DNA of 61,745 nt, filler included, from Pirum gemmata (GCA_002812295.1; 19 parts of 19 records of this genome joined end to end with filler, not necessarily neighbours in it), one strand, 5' to 3'. Shown: positions 25,558 to 39,441, numbered from the whole stretch's first letter. The notes: generated by a model from the letters alone, not told the origin. Made by a program: numbers and translations.

Positions 25558-27867
25558 CAGGATAGTCTATCGGGTATCAAAACCGTATCATCAAAAAATG
25601 TTGAGCCATCGAGCCACAAACACCAACACAAAGCCACAAACACCACACTCTAGTAGCTAGCTAGGCTAAGCTAGCTAGTAGCTATCATAGCTACCTAGTA
25701 GCTTTTTTAAAAAAATTTAATTAAACACGGTGGCCGTAGACTAGCTAGTGTGGCCGTGATTTATTCATTTATTCGAAAGCTATAAATCTGAGATTTTGAA
25801 TCGTTTTCAAATGGTTTTTACCTAGACTCAGACTAGTTGTTAAAAATTTTGTAAACCACCACCACCATTTCCACCATTTCCACCATTTCCAAAATTCCCA
25901 CCACTAGTAGACTAGACCCACTACTAAATTTGAAACGAAAAGTTAACCCATCTTGACTCCCATTTAATTTTATTTTTTTAGAAAGGTAGACTCCGTAATA
26001 CTCCGTCTAGCTAGACAAGGTTATAATGAGGTTTTACGAATGTTTTACTGCCCAAATTATTATCATAATTAAACATGATAGTACTACTATAGTACTATCA
26101 TATTATGATAGTCTATGATATGATAGCTCAGTATGATAGCTAGTATCATAGAGGCTAGCTAACTATGATATCATACTAGCTAGCTCTAGTAGGAGTCGGA
26201 CAACTATGATACTAGCTAGCTAGCTAGCTAGAGAGAGAGCTCTTGGTTGAGGTAACTTTGAGGTTGAAATTTAGGCAGGCTAGCCTCAGACTCTAGCTAG
26301 ACTAGATCTATATCGTCTCACGAAACTACATTATCATAATTATATAACTATATATATATCAATAAGAATGCCCAATGTACTCCAATGTCTTTTAAAAAAG
26401 CGTTTATATATAGGGTTAGGGTAAGGGTTAGAGTTAGGGTTAGGGTTAGGGTTAATAAAAACAACAATAACAACAACAATAATAATAATAATAATAATAA
26501 TAATATATACTAATAAAAATAATAATAATAGTAATAATAATAATAATAATAATATTAATATATCGGATAGTATGATACTCTCTTATTTATAGACCGTGGT
26601 AGGTATAAATAAATACACCGGGTAGTCTATGATTTATCAGACCTACTACTACAGTCTACTAGACCTAGGTTCTGCTTTACTAAAGGTCACTATGTAAACT
26701 ATGTAAACCTAGGTCTTTAGACTGGGTCTTTAGACTAGTCTAGTTAGACCACAGTCATTAAATCAACAACTACCAAACTTTGTTTCAATTTTTATTTGAT
26801 ACCTTTAAACATTTAATTGAACCTTTTTAGATAAGAATAATAAAAGTAGAAAATTAATAATAATAAGATAATAAGTAATTATAAAAATAAATAAATTGAC
26901 TTCAATTATTTCACTTTCACTTTATAATGCTAAATTAATATTTTTATAATGAATTTATTTATTTATTAATTTTATTATTTTATACGTTCGTTGTCTGTAA
27001 TTATAAAAATGTTCAGTTTTAAATTCATGTTTATTATTTGTTTGTAATTATAAAAATGTTCAGTTTTAAATTCATGCTTATTATTTATAATCCGAAACAT
27101 CAACATCGATATCAAGAAAGGAATCTTCTCTTCATATTATTAAAATTCTCAAAGCTACACTAGCATTTCACACTCTATATCATACCTGACTCTTTAGTCA
27201 ATTAGTAAGAAGAAAGAAGAAAGATGGCAACCATGTCTTTAGTTACAATAACTGTAATCTGACCAACGAACTCCATATATTGTAGCAAATGTGTTTACGT
27301 AAGCTTCATAGGAATAAACATAAATATCAGTTTTGAGTACAAAAATAAATTATATTATTTATAAATATAATAAAAGATAGAAAATAATTTATATTATTAT
27401 AAATAAATATGATTGATAGAACGTGGAGGTTTTTTATGTTTTTTTTCTTTTCTCTTCTTTTCTTTTTTTTTTTTTTTTNNNNNNNNNNNNNNNNNNNNNN
27501 NNNNNNNNNNNNNNNNNNNNNNTTAATTAATTAANNNNNNNNNNNNNNNNNNNNNNNNNNNNNNNNNNNNNNNNNNNNAACAACAAACAACAAACAACAA
27601 ACAACACACAACAAACAACAAACAACCATATAATAAATAAAAACCGACAACAAACAACAAACAACAAATAACAAACAACACACAACAAACAACAAACAAC
27701 CATATAATAAATAAAAACCGACAACAAATGAACAAATGCGATCAACAATCACAAACAAAAAATAGCCAGTGACAAAAGTTAAAAATTGCAAAGAACTAGA
27801 AACCAACAACCAAGGACCAAGGGCAAAAGAAAGCAATCCTAACAGCAACTATTTAAAAAAGTTTTAC

Positions 27868-28460
27868 CTCAATTTCATTTGGTGAACTACATCCAAATAA
27901 TTTGTTTTTATGTTGAAATTTAACTGGATTGGATATCGCTTCTGGGTCTTTAGATCTTTTATGAGCTGGTTTTCGTTTTGAAACCTTACCACTCTTCTTT
28001 GACACGAAAAAAAAAAAAAAAAAAAAAAAAAGCAAATATATATGAATTTCATTTCAAAAAAAGTACATATCTAAAGCTAAATTTACACAGAAAAAAAAGT
28101 AAGCGGTGAGGGGTAGATGGAAGGTTACCTTAGATTCTTTTGAAAGTTCGCTAACCGAAAAATGTGCCTCTTCTTCCACTGATTTTTTTTTCATAGTTTG
28201 GATACTACTAACAGCATTTTCAAAAGAATGGCGACTAGAAATATGCTTAGAATTAGTTTTTACTATGTACAAAGAAAAGAGTAAACTGGCTCGTGTGATC
28301 GGAATTTGTGGTTGAATATTTAAATATATTGAGATTGAAATGATATGAATGTGTGTACATTTATGTAATTTATAAATATAATCACCGGGTTTTGGTATGT
28401 TTATTCTTGATGACCGTATTCAAGTCCTCAGCACACATCTACACACACACACACACACAT

Positions 28461-28495
<35 letters not shown>

Positions 28496-30046
28496 GCACA
28501 GACAAGTCTACTTAATATTTTGGGTTCCGTATTTACTAATAAAATTAAAACAATATCAAGAATAAAAGCAAAACATAAAATCAAATTTATCCATATCACA
28601 GTTAAATGGACAGGAACAATAAAGAAAGAAAAAATATTATAAAGCGAAAAATCAAAGCTAAACTAGAATGAATTAAAAAAACAGAGACTTACCTTTGCAT
28701 CTCTGCACATCAATTATTAATTATGGTAACATGTGTTGTAAATAGGTAAAAAGATAAAATTAGTTTATCATACTTATTACTATTTTATGCATGGCGAGGA
28801 AAAATAATTAAAAAAAACAACTCGTCTGTTAGATTATAAATGATAAAAAATGATGAAAACTAAAAAACAAAAGAAAAACCAAAAGAAAAAAAACCAAAAG
28901 CATAAAAACCAAAAGAAAAAAAACCAAAAGAAAAAACCCAAAAGAAAAAACCCAAAACAGATATTAAAAAACTGATTATGTTAACAAAACTTCATACTCG
29001 TTTCTATTGACTGGATCCAAGTCAAAGGTACTTTCTTTGGTAGCCTCTGTTTTTTTTTCTTTTTTCTTGGCCGCTTTTTTTAATTTAAGAATTCAGTATC
29101 ATGTACTGTCTTTGTGGGACGGGTTGTGGGATAATCATAAAAAATATATTTGCTTTAAGTTTATTAAAAAGTAAAAAGATCTTTTATCATTTACCTTGGT
29201 TTTTCACTGCTTTGGTATTTTGCCTTGCTTTAACTCGAGATTGTACAACATTATGACCTGAATTTAGATTTTCTAAATTCATTATAAAGAAACACAAGTA
29301 AAAATATTTTAATTCCATGCATATATTTCTAAAGTGGCGCATTTCCTAGACTGGGTTTGACTTTTTGAGCAGTTTTAGGTTGTGGTGAAATCACTTTTTT
29401 GAAGTTTCATTAGGTAGATGTACTCAGATAGTAAACTAAACAACAATGATTTCTAACACTAACCCTAACCATATTTTCATTCGATGGCTTTTTTTTTTTT
29501 AAAAAAAACGATGTCTACAGAAAAAGTCTAAAAAGTCTAGATCAGGATGTGTTTTCTTTTGACAAAATCTAGACATTGAATCTTCTCACTTTTTTTGTAG
29601 ACATTTAAAAGTCAAAAAAAATTGGCTTAAAAATAAAAAGGTGATGATGACTGTTCTCGGAATTTTAGAAGGCTCAAAAGTTTACAGAAACAACAAGTAA
29701 AATTTTAAAATCAAAGGAAATGCACCACCTCTAATTTGGTCGGGGTTAGTTTATTGAAGTTAATTGTTACACAAAAATAATAGGTGTTTATAATGATTTT
29801 AGGAAAAAGTATAATTTAATATTTAACCTGTAGGTGTATATCGACCCGTAATATCCTTTCTTTGTGCTTTATTATTGTTTACTTCGTAGATTTTAAGTTT
29901 ATTGCTTTGCAATTGACCCTCATCATGTTCCATTGTTATTTCTTGTAACATTTTTCTTGTTTCCGAAAGTTCATCACTCATCAACTTATTCCTATGTTTT
30001 TCGTTAGCAATTATTTTCTCTTGTGAGTGCAGCTGGGCTTGATATT
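27868..30046 (-). CDS. Probable multi-exon gene (or pseudogene) for a Lys/Ser/Glu-rich protein, partial
   Basis: Exon-like open segments with AG/GT ends at 30046-~29828 (YQAQLHSQEKIIANEKHRNKLMSDELSETRKMLQE, coiled-coil-like), 28262-28129 and ~28000-27868. Full structure not resolved. Confidence 0.4.
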
Positions 30047-30836
30047 CTGAAAGAAAAAAAAAAAAGAGTAATATTAGAACAAGCAGTGTTAAATGTAATT
30101 ATGTAAACTTTTTTATCAACAAAATAATTACATTTACTAGTATATCCATCGAATTATAATAAACTGTTATAGCATGATTATTCGCTTTTGCTATCCCTTT
30201 TGAATTTTTAGAATTTCATTTTCATTGTTTAATTTAAACTGCAATTACTATTGCTACTATAATTTACGGTTTACTACTATTATAAACCTTAAGGCCAATA
30301 AAGCTACCAATGACACTTAACATTGTTATAACAACTTCTTTTACTTTTGCTATTACTATTACTATTACTATTACTATTACTACTATTACTATTACTATTA
30401 CTATTACTATTACTATTACTATTACTATTACTATTACTATTACTATTACTATTACTATTTCTATTACTATTACTATTACTATTACTATTACTATTACTAT
30501 TACTATTACTATTACTANNNNNNNNNNNNNNNNNNNNNNNNNNNNNNNNNNNNNNNNNNNNTTAATTAATTAANNNNNNNNNNNNNNNNNNNNNNNNNNN
30601 NNNNNNNNNNNNNNNNNACTACTACTACTACTACTACTACTACTAATACTAATACGATCACCACTACTACTTTATATATATTAATCTATTAATATAATGA
30701 TAATGACAATGATAACGATAATGATAATGACAACGATAATGATAATGATAATGATAATGATAGTAATATTGATAATGATAATGATAGTAAAAATGATCAT
30801 GATAATAATAATGATAATGATAATGATAATTAATAG

Positions 30837-31184
30837 GCTTGCTTAATGCACTACCTGTCATACCACCTGCGTACGCGCCATACGGTCCACATTACAAACC
30901 ATATTGGGAAAAGTGGAGTGAAGCAATAATAAACCCAAACTTAAAAAATAAAACTGCCCAAGCTATATGCGAAGATCCCGGTTTATGGAAAAATACAAGC
31001 TCATCTCTGGTTGATTTGATTAATTCCAATGATTTTCTAAATAATATCTTTGGTATGTCTTATTTGTATTGTTACTAAAAGTTATTATTTATTTTATTTG
31101 TTGAAATTGTATTTGTATTGTTATTGCAGTTGTTATTGTTATGGCAGTCGGTCTTGCAGTTGTTATTGTTATGGCAGTCGGTCG

Positions 31185-31216
<32 letters not shown>

Positions 31217-31444
31217 ACAAAAAGTGTCTATATATAATATTAATAATATTGTGCTTCCCAATAACTAATACCAGAAATAATTCTAAAACTTCCCCTACTA
31301 CTATTATTACTACTACTACTTGCTATTAATTCTACTACTACTATCACTACTAGTACTACCACTATTAGCACCGCCACCATGGCTACTACTACTACTACTG
31401 CTACTACTACTGCTACTAACATATTACTATTATTATTACTGTTT

Positions 31445-31504
<60 letters not shown>

Positions 31505-31590
31505 AACAGAGCATAATTTTGACCACAACTGTGTTTACTGGTTGTGTCTATTATGCTCTGATAGTACTTCAACTACTACTACTACTACTN

Positions 31591-31676
<86 letters not shown>

Positions 31677-31750
31677 ACTACTATTACTATTACTACTATT
31701 ACTATTACTACTATTACTATTACTGCTACTACTACTACTACTACTTCTAT

Positions 31751-31783
<33 letters not shown>

Positions 31784-31891
31784 TACCACTTCTTCTACTA
31801 CTACTACTACTACTACTACTACTATTACTATTACAATTACAATTACTATTACTATTACTAATACTACTAATATTACTGTTACTATTACTGT

Positions 31892-31948
<57 letters not shown>

Positions 31949-32193
31949 CATTACTACTACTACCATTACTAATACTACTGTTAGTGCTACTACTATTATT
32001 ACTACTGCCACTACCACTACTACTACTATTACTGCTACTATTACTACTACTATTATTATCATTCTTATTATTACTACTACTACTACGCTATCGCGACAAT
32101 TACTCCTCCATTACTATTAGCATAACTACTACTACTACTCCTACTCCTATTCCTACTACTCTTACTACTATCATATTATTATTATCATATTAC

Positions 32194-32246
<53 letters not shown>

Positions 32247-33332
32247 ATTAACTATAATCATAATATTTTATTCTTATCATTAGCCCTACTGGGAATGCTT
32301 CTTGCTTCGCTGCTATGTTTTGTCTTTGTTCTGTTATTCTTATATAAGCCTTTACCAACCCACAATCCAACAAGCGCCGAGAAGTCTTTTGTTATTCCTC
32401 TCCACAAACTATCACCATTCTGCATATTATTTACATATGTGATTTACATTGTTGGTTTGTTAATGTTTTTCATTAGCGTTATAGACCTAACGGTTCCTAT
32501 TTTAGAGCAATACTTACCTAATACTGCCAATTGGCATGATATAATTATCCTCAAGAGTGTAGTAATCGGATTTTGTTTATTGTTTTTAATTTTTATAGAC
32601 GTTTATTTTTCTTCAATTATTTTCTTTTCTTACAAAAATCAAAATATCAAACATATCAAACTATTACCAAAATACTTAGAATGGTTAGGAACCATTATGA
32701 ATCGCCATACAAAAAGTTTTACTATATATAAATGCATCATTATGTACTTAGTTATGATCTCGTCAAGTTTGATTTTCCTAATTGCTATTGGGTTAGGTGG
32801 AATGTACTTTTGTGGGGCTACCCTATGTGGCGTTGGTGTACCGTCCATACCCAACTATGCCTGCCTAGATTTATCACTCGTAGGCTATCAACAACTGATT
32901 TGTAAAGATGATTTAATTCTTGTCTGCAATACATTCGGCAGTGGTAATGTTAATGTTATGATGTGGGGGTCCATTTTATGTGTCCTTACTAGTTTTTACA
33001 TGTTCTTTATGTCGTTTTCTCAATATTGGCATCACCAATATGATACGTACGACTACCGTCGTTTTCATAACGTTCAAAGTAATAATAGTAATTTGAATGG
33101 GAATAACACCACGTTAGATATAAGATGTAATAGCGAATGTAATGATAATGACATTAATAGAAAGCGAGGTGTTAGAGAAATGTCGGTTTTACCTTCTGGT
33201 GATTGTGAAATTTCAGATCGAGGACAATTAGAGTTGGCCGCTGAACTTACTACTTACAAACAAAATTCTAAACCAAAAAAGAAAAGTTATCATAACCTAC
33301 GCCAGAGAATAGAAAAAGACCCTAGTAGCTAA
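30837..33332 (+). CDS. Multi-pass membrane protein with a proteolipid (PLP/DM20/M6)-like region; exons 30837-31052 and 32284-33332, 5'-partial
   Basis: The GTATGT...TAG phase-1 intron 31053-32283 joins NNIF-A-LLGML in frame. Four PLP-like TM segments and a TLC...CLDL...IC..DL..VCNT loop Cys pattern follow. The gene is well supported; the family assignment is moderate. Confidence 0.75.
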
Positions 33333-33374
33333 ACTAGACAGAGAATAGAAAAAGACCCTAGTAGCTAAACTAGA
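33303..33374 (+). repeat. Exact 36-bp tandem duplication spanning the stop codon
   Basis: CAGAGAATAGAAAAAGACCCTAGTAGCTAAACTAGA x2. Confidence 0.9.
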
Positions 33375-33970
33375 CTAGCTAGTTTCGTAGCTTGCTCGGG
33401 TAACCGTTTTCTTTCTTTCCTTTTTTTTCTTTCTTTCCTTTTTTTTCTTGCTTTCTTGCTTTCTTGCTTTCTTTCTTTCTTTCTTTCTTTCTTTGTTTTT
33501 TTGTTTTTTTTTTTTTTTTTTGCTGGATTTTTTTGCTGGATGTTTTTGCTGGATTTTCTCTTCCAGGGATTTTCTTGCTTTCTTGCTTTTTTCTTTCTTT
33601 CTTTCTTTCTTTGTTTGTTTTTTTTCNNNNNNNNNNNNNNNNNNNNNNNNNNNNNNNNNNNNNNNNNNNNTTAATTAATTAANNNNNNNNNNNNNNNNNN
33701 NNNNNNNNNNNNNNNNNNNNNNNNNNAAAAATAAAAAAAAAAATAAATAAAAAATAAATAAATAAATAATAATAAATAATAATAATAAAAAGGATATAAA
33801 TATGAGCCTCTGATACACATCTCTTTTCCATATTTTTTAGAGTATATATTTTTTCACTATTGAACAAAAAGAAAAACAAAAGAAATTAGAATTAGAAAAA
33901 TAACTAATAATAATAATAATAGCAAATAAATTTATTCACTTTAAAAGATTTGTTATAATTATATAATCCA

Positions 33971-36102
33971 ATGTCGATAGTTGAAGACCACGACGGCACT
34001 AAAAAGGTACAAGATGAAAATTTTGAAAACAACGTTAAAGAATCTCTTGAAATTGTTGACATATCTGCTAAAAGCAAGGATGAAATAAACCTTCAAGACG
34101 AATTCAATGATGCTGAAAATTTTTCAAACATTAGCAAGTATGACCAAACTAAACCTCCTTTGAAAGAAAGTATTAAAAAAATACCCAAGAAAGCTAAAAA
34201 ATTTGCTAAAAAATGTTGGAAAGGCATTCCAAAAGAGTTTTTCTCTTGGAAAAGATGGTTAGGATTTGTTTTAACTGTAGCAATCGCCTATACTATTTTT
34301 TACTTTATACCGTTGAATACCAACAACTTACCTCCTGGTGTTGTACCACATTGGTATAGTATGACCCCACCGTTGCTAGCAATTGCATTCTCAGTATTTT
34401 TCAAACAAGTTTTACTTGCGCTAGGTCTAGGTATTTTTGTTGGGGGTATGATAGCTTTCAAAGGGAACGTTTATCACGTTTTTGTATACTTAATTTTTCA
34501 CAACATTTGGGATGCTTTCCAAGCCTATGTTGTCGGTTTTACTTTATGTTTAGTGGGAATGGTGTACGTGATGCATAAATCTGGTGGTCTTGATGGTATG
34601 TGTGATGGACTGATGCATTTCGCCAGAAGTACTTACAGTACAAGAATAGTTACTGCTTTTTCGGGAATAGTATTTTTCTTTGATGATTATGGGAACACAG
34701 TCGTTGTAGGATCAACTTTCAAAGGTTTAGCTAGTAGAATGCAAATTTCAAGTGAAAAATTAGCTTACATTGTGGACTCAACAGCTGCTCCAGTTGCTGG
34801 AGTAGCAATAATAAGTACATGGATTGGTGCGGAGGTTGATTATTTTAATGATGTGGGAAAGTACGTTTATCAAACATTAAATACAACTAACACCACTAAA
34901 ATTTTTAACGACCCTACTTACCAAGCCACACCTTTAAATGGTTACACAATGTTTTTAAATGCTTTACCTTACCGATTCTATTGTTACACTGCTTTATTCT
35001 TGTATTTATCAATCAAATCATGGCCAGGGATTTTGGACCCATGTTGGAAGCGGAGAAGAGGGCGTTGATCGAGGGGAAAATACAAGCCGATGATGCACGT
35101 GTTGCCCCAGATTTAAGTGCAAAAAATAACCCAGATTCAGATATACCCAAACGAATGTCGTATGCCATTATCCCATTACTTGTTGTTGTGCTTGGTTCTT
35201 TATTTGGTATGTTTTGGGACGGCAGAGCCGCTGTAGAAGCAGCGGGAGAATCATTAGATGTATTTAATGGAGAAGCTTGGCGCTTAGCACTTGGTTCGTG
35301 TGATAGTGCGAAAGTATTATTTTATTCTGCTTTGGCTGGAACCATTTTTGCCTTCCTTATGCCAATGTATGGTCAAACTATTACCTTTGACCAGGCCACC
35401 AAATCGTTTTTAACCACTGTCCCTAGTATGTACGAGGCAGTTATTCTTCTTTATTTGTCTTGGGGGGTAAAATCAGCCTGTGACGCTTTACATACATCCG
35501 ATTATTTAGTAGCTATTTTGGGTGATATCCCATTTCAAATTATCCCACTTGTTACTTTTTTGATGGCTTCTATTACCGCAGTAGCCATTGGATCAAGTTG
35601 GAGTACAATGGGTATTTTATTACCAATTATGATGCAATTGGCTTGGGATGTTGCCTTCATCAACGGGGAAACAGACGCAAGTAATTCAGAAACGGGTTTA
35701 AATAATGTTGGGGAACAAATATTTTATTTAACAGGTGCAGCCGTTTTAGATGGCGCTATTTTTGGTGACCATTGCTCACCTATAAGTGACACCACAGTTC
35801 TCTCAACCGTAACTACTAGTTGTGATTTAATTGCCCATGTTAGAACCCAGTTACCATATGCTTTAGTGGGTGGTATTATTGCATCCGCGTTTGGTTACAC
35901 ATGTGTGGCTTTCGGTATGCCGTTTTGGTTGTTTTATCCTGTCTCCATAATCTGTGGTGTACTTGTCTTTTTTGTATTTGGCGCAAAATTACCAAAAGCT
36001 AGTGATTTTGAACAAAACCCTAACTTAAAAGCAGAAGCTGTCATTTGTAGATCTGCATTTATGGAATTAGTTCACAAAATTAGTGGTGGTAGATTAGGAT
36101 AA
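33971..36102 (+). CDS. NhaC-family Na+/H+ antiporter-like transporter, intronless, with one frameshift at ~34993-34996
   Basis: Motifs FFDDY, EKLAYIVDSTAAP, RDFGPM, GSSWSTMGI and GAIFGDHCSPISDTTVLS..HVRTQLPYA. Two overlapping ORFs fuse to ~710 aa if one base is added. Confidence 0.88.
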
Positions 36103-38771
36103 TATTAATTGCAGTGTTTCTCTAAATAAATAAATAAATAAATAAATAAANNNNNNNNNNNNNNNNNNNNNNNNNNNNNNNNNNNAAAGTGAATAATAAT
36201 AATAATAATAATAACTACTACTTTTAGAAACAGTAAGAAAACAAATACGTTTTACAGTGTTTTACACTGCATAGGATAATAATTATGGTTACTTGTGCTA
36301 TAGGGGTTTGTTTGAACAAACAATACGTATGTCGTTGCTCCTTATGATGTTGCTCAATTATACTACACAGCTTGGAGGTTAGATGGGTTTGTGGTGATAT
36401 GTTAGGTTAGGTTATTACACACATGGTCCAATTCTAGTATTATTTGAATATTTAAGTTATGTTTTACAAAGTAAATAAACAGTACTCCAAGAAGTTCCAA
36501 GACGTAGTTTGCGTAAGAAAAAAAAAATCTCATGAGAAAAATCGAAAAATCGAAAAAAAAAAGTTGCCATTAGATGTAACAGTTGTGATGATGAGTCATT
36601 GATGACTTAGCCTAGTGATGGTAAAAAAAAAACAGGAACGGTCGTCTATTTGTTACCATTGACCCGAATGTTCGTCTTTTACCAAATTAGTAAATATTTA
36701 AATCTATCAGCCTTTTAAATGGACACAGTCTGGTCAGTGGCCACATAGAGTAGAGGAATGAAATAACCTAATAAAGAATATAACACCTTTTTAGGATCCA
36801 GTGTCCAGATTCCGGGATCCCTATTAGTTATCCCATCAATAACCCCTAGATAACCCATCAACCATCAACAGACTATCAACAGTACCTCAGTCAACAGTAC
36901 TCCTTAGCCTAAAATGTCTTTAGCAAAAAAAAAAAAATGCCAAGTCTTTTTTTTAAAAAAAATTCTTTCAACTAATTTGATTCGCCAAGCGTTTCTGCTT
37001 ATAATTTAGACCAAAAGACTCTTTTTTTCTTCCCCACCCCACCCATTTACTAAGACCTAGTAGCTAGCTCAGTCCTAGTTTCATCATCTATTAGTATATA
37101 AATATAGACCCATTTACTTTCTAGTAGTTTAAATATATGTTCAAATTACTAGGCTCAAATTACGTGTACACTTAACTAAATATAGAGAAAAATAACATGT
37201 TGTAGTTAATAAAAGCCCTTAACCTTAAACTCAACTTTAACCTTAATCTCTATCTTAATAACCTTAAACCTTAAGCTTAAAACCTTATCTTTTAACTTAA
37301 ACCTAATCTTAACCCTAACCAGTCCTAACTCCTAACAGTCCCTTAACCTAACCCGAGCCTCTATATAAACAATAACAGGACCTAACCCCTAACGCCAACC
37401 CCTAACCCATATTAATAACGCTAACCTGCTAACCCCTAACTCCCTAACGCTAATATCTAATGCTAACGCTAATTACAACCCAACGCCAACTATAGCCCGT
37501 AACAGTCCCTAATACGTACCCTAAACTCGAGAGGCCTCTAACGCTAACACTAATCCTTTGTTACCTTTTGTAGGTTATTATTAAACAAAGTTGATAATTA
37601 AGCTCGTTTAATTGGTATGTAATTATATTTATAGTTACTTATTTTGATTTTTGGTCCGGCTGCAAGGCATCGAACCCAAACACCTACCTAACCCGATGAT
37701 AATAACCTTATTAACTAGGCCTTTGTTTTTCTTTTTAAAGTTTTTGACAAATATAATTATTGCTTTTAATAAATAATTATTTAGTAAACCACTTTTTTTT
37801 AGTTGCTGTGCTTTTATCGAGTTTTTATTGTCATACTATTTTTTTAAAAAGTATTCATTTATTTAAAAGTATATAATATTATATTCTCTTTTCCTTTTTT
37901 GAAACTGTTCACTTTTTGTAACATAAACATTTTTTAAATTTTTATTTTTAAATCGGTAAAATGCAAAGACCCCAGGAAAAAGAAATGGAGTCTTTGATAA
38001 AATGTAATGTGTGCGTATCATACTAACAACCAGCTATAGAGCTGCTATAGACTAAATATAAGAATATATATAATAATATATATAATAATATATATAATAA
38101 TATATACATAGCCATTTGTTCTTAATTATTGCATAATGATAGTAATAATAATGATGATGATGATAATGATGATGATATTGTATTTATCTAGTTTTAATCA
38201 AAAAAAAAGAAAAGAAAACACACCATCCAAAAACGTTGTTTTTCATTCAATATCTTTATATCGAGTCAATCGGGGTAAAACCTTATTAACTCTATTATCA
38301 AACTTTGTAGTAGGCGTTGTACCTTGGTACATATAACACGGTTGAATCCTAGGAGCATATATATATGTGTGTGTGTATAGCACTAATGTTATGACATCGT
38401 AGATAATAATGTTATGACATATTATTTATTGTGAAATTTTTCCTGTTGCAAGGAATCAAAAGTAAACAATGTTCTGGGTTCATCGTTGGCTACAGGCATT
38501 TGCAGACCTAAAAATTGCCCAACCATGTGCTAGTTAGCTAGAGATCTTATTACAAATGGTCAAGTACAAATAGCCCAAAAAAAAAAATATACTAGTAACT
38601 GTTTTTATTTTTAAACTGCTTATAACTTAGTTTCTAGAACTTGGTTTGAAGGACCTAGTTTGAAGGGTCGTAATCTCTAATTCTAATAGGTGATAGTGAC
38701 AGGTCAGAGTCTCAAAACAAAACAAAACAAAACAAAACAAAAAATGAAAAAAAAACAAAAACAAATACATA

Positions 38772-38960
38772 GGGAGATGCGGGAAAAACCATCAAATCGA
38801 GACTAGTTCGAAACTTTCAAAATTAAAAAGTAAAAAAAAAAAAAAAGTTATGAAAATATATCTATGACGATTTTCGATTAACTGACACTGTACATCATTG
38901 GGTTTCAACTTTCAATCCATGGAAATAGAGAAACTGGGCAATCGAAAAAGTACAAAATAA
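38772..38960. mobile_element. MITE family F, degenerate copy
   Basis: GGGAGATGCGGGAAAAACCATCAAATCGAGACTAGTTCGAAAC matches the F terminus. Confidence 0.65.
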
Positions 38961-39441
38961 CTTTTAAAATTAATTAAAATGTAATACATAATATTGTTTT
39001 TTTCTAAAAAAAAAGCTTTAATAATATCTCGTAGTAATTTTTGTTGTTGATGTTGTTAAAATTAAAACTTTTCAAAACAAAGTAAAACAAGTAAAAACAA
39101 AGCAACTAAATCAAATCAAATCAACCCAGACCAAGAAAACACAAACAAACGCAACGCAAACCCAACCCAACCCAACTCAACCCAACCCAACCCANNNNNN
39201 NNNNNNNNNNNNNNNNNNNNNNNNNNNNNNNNNNNNNNTTAATTAATTAANNNNNNNNNNNNNNNNNNNNNNNNNNNNNNNNNNNNNNNNNNNNGCTCTT
39301 ATTATGTTCATCATTATTCTCATTATTATTATTATCATTATTATTGTTGTTGTTGTTGTTGTTGTTTTTACTGCCGTGGTTTAATATTATTGTTATTATT
39401 GACCATTAACCGTTTTTTACCATATCTATTACTATTGTCAG

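Noticed and set aside
27090..27330. Coding-like minus-strand segment
   Set aside because: Stops in the frames I read and no recognisable motif.
37630..37725. Minus-strand GGTTCGATGCC...CCA as a tRNA gene
   Set aside because: B-box-like only; no convincing A box or cloverleaf.
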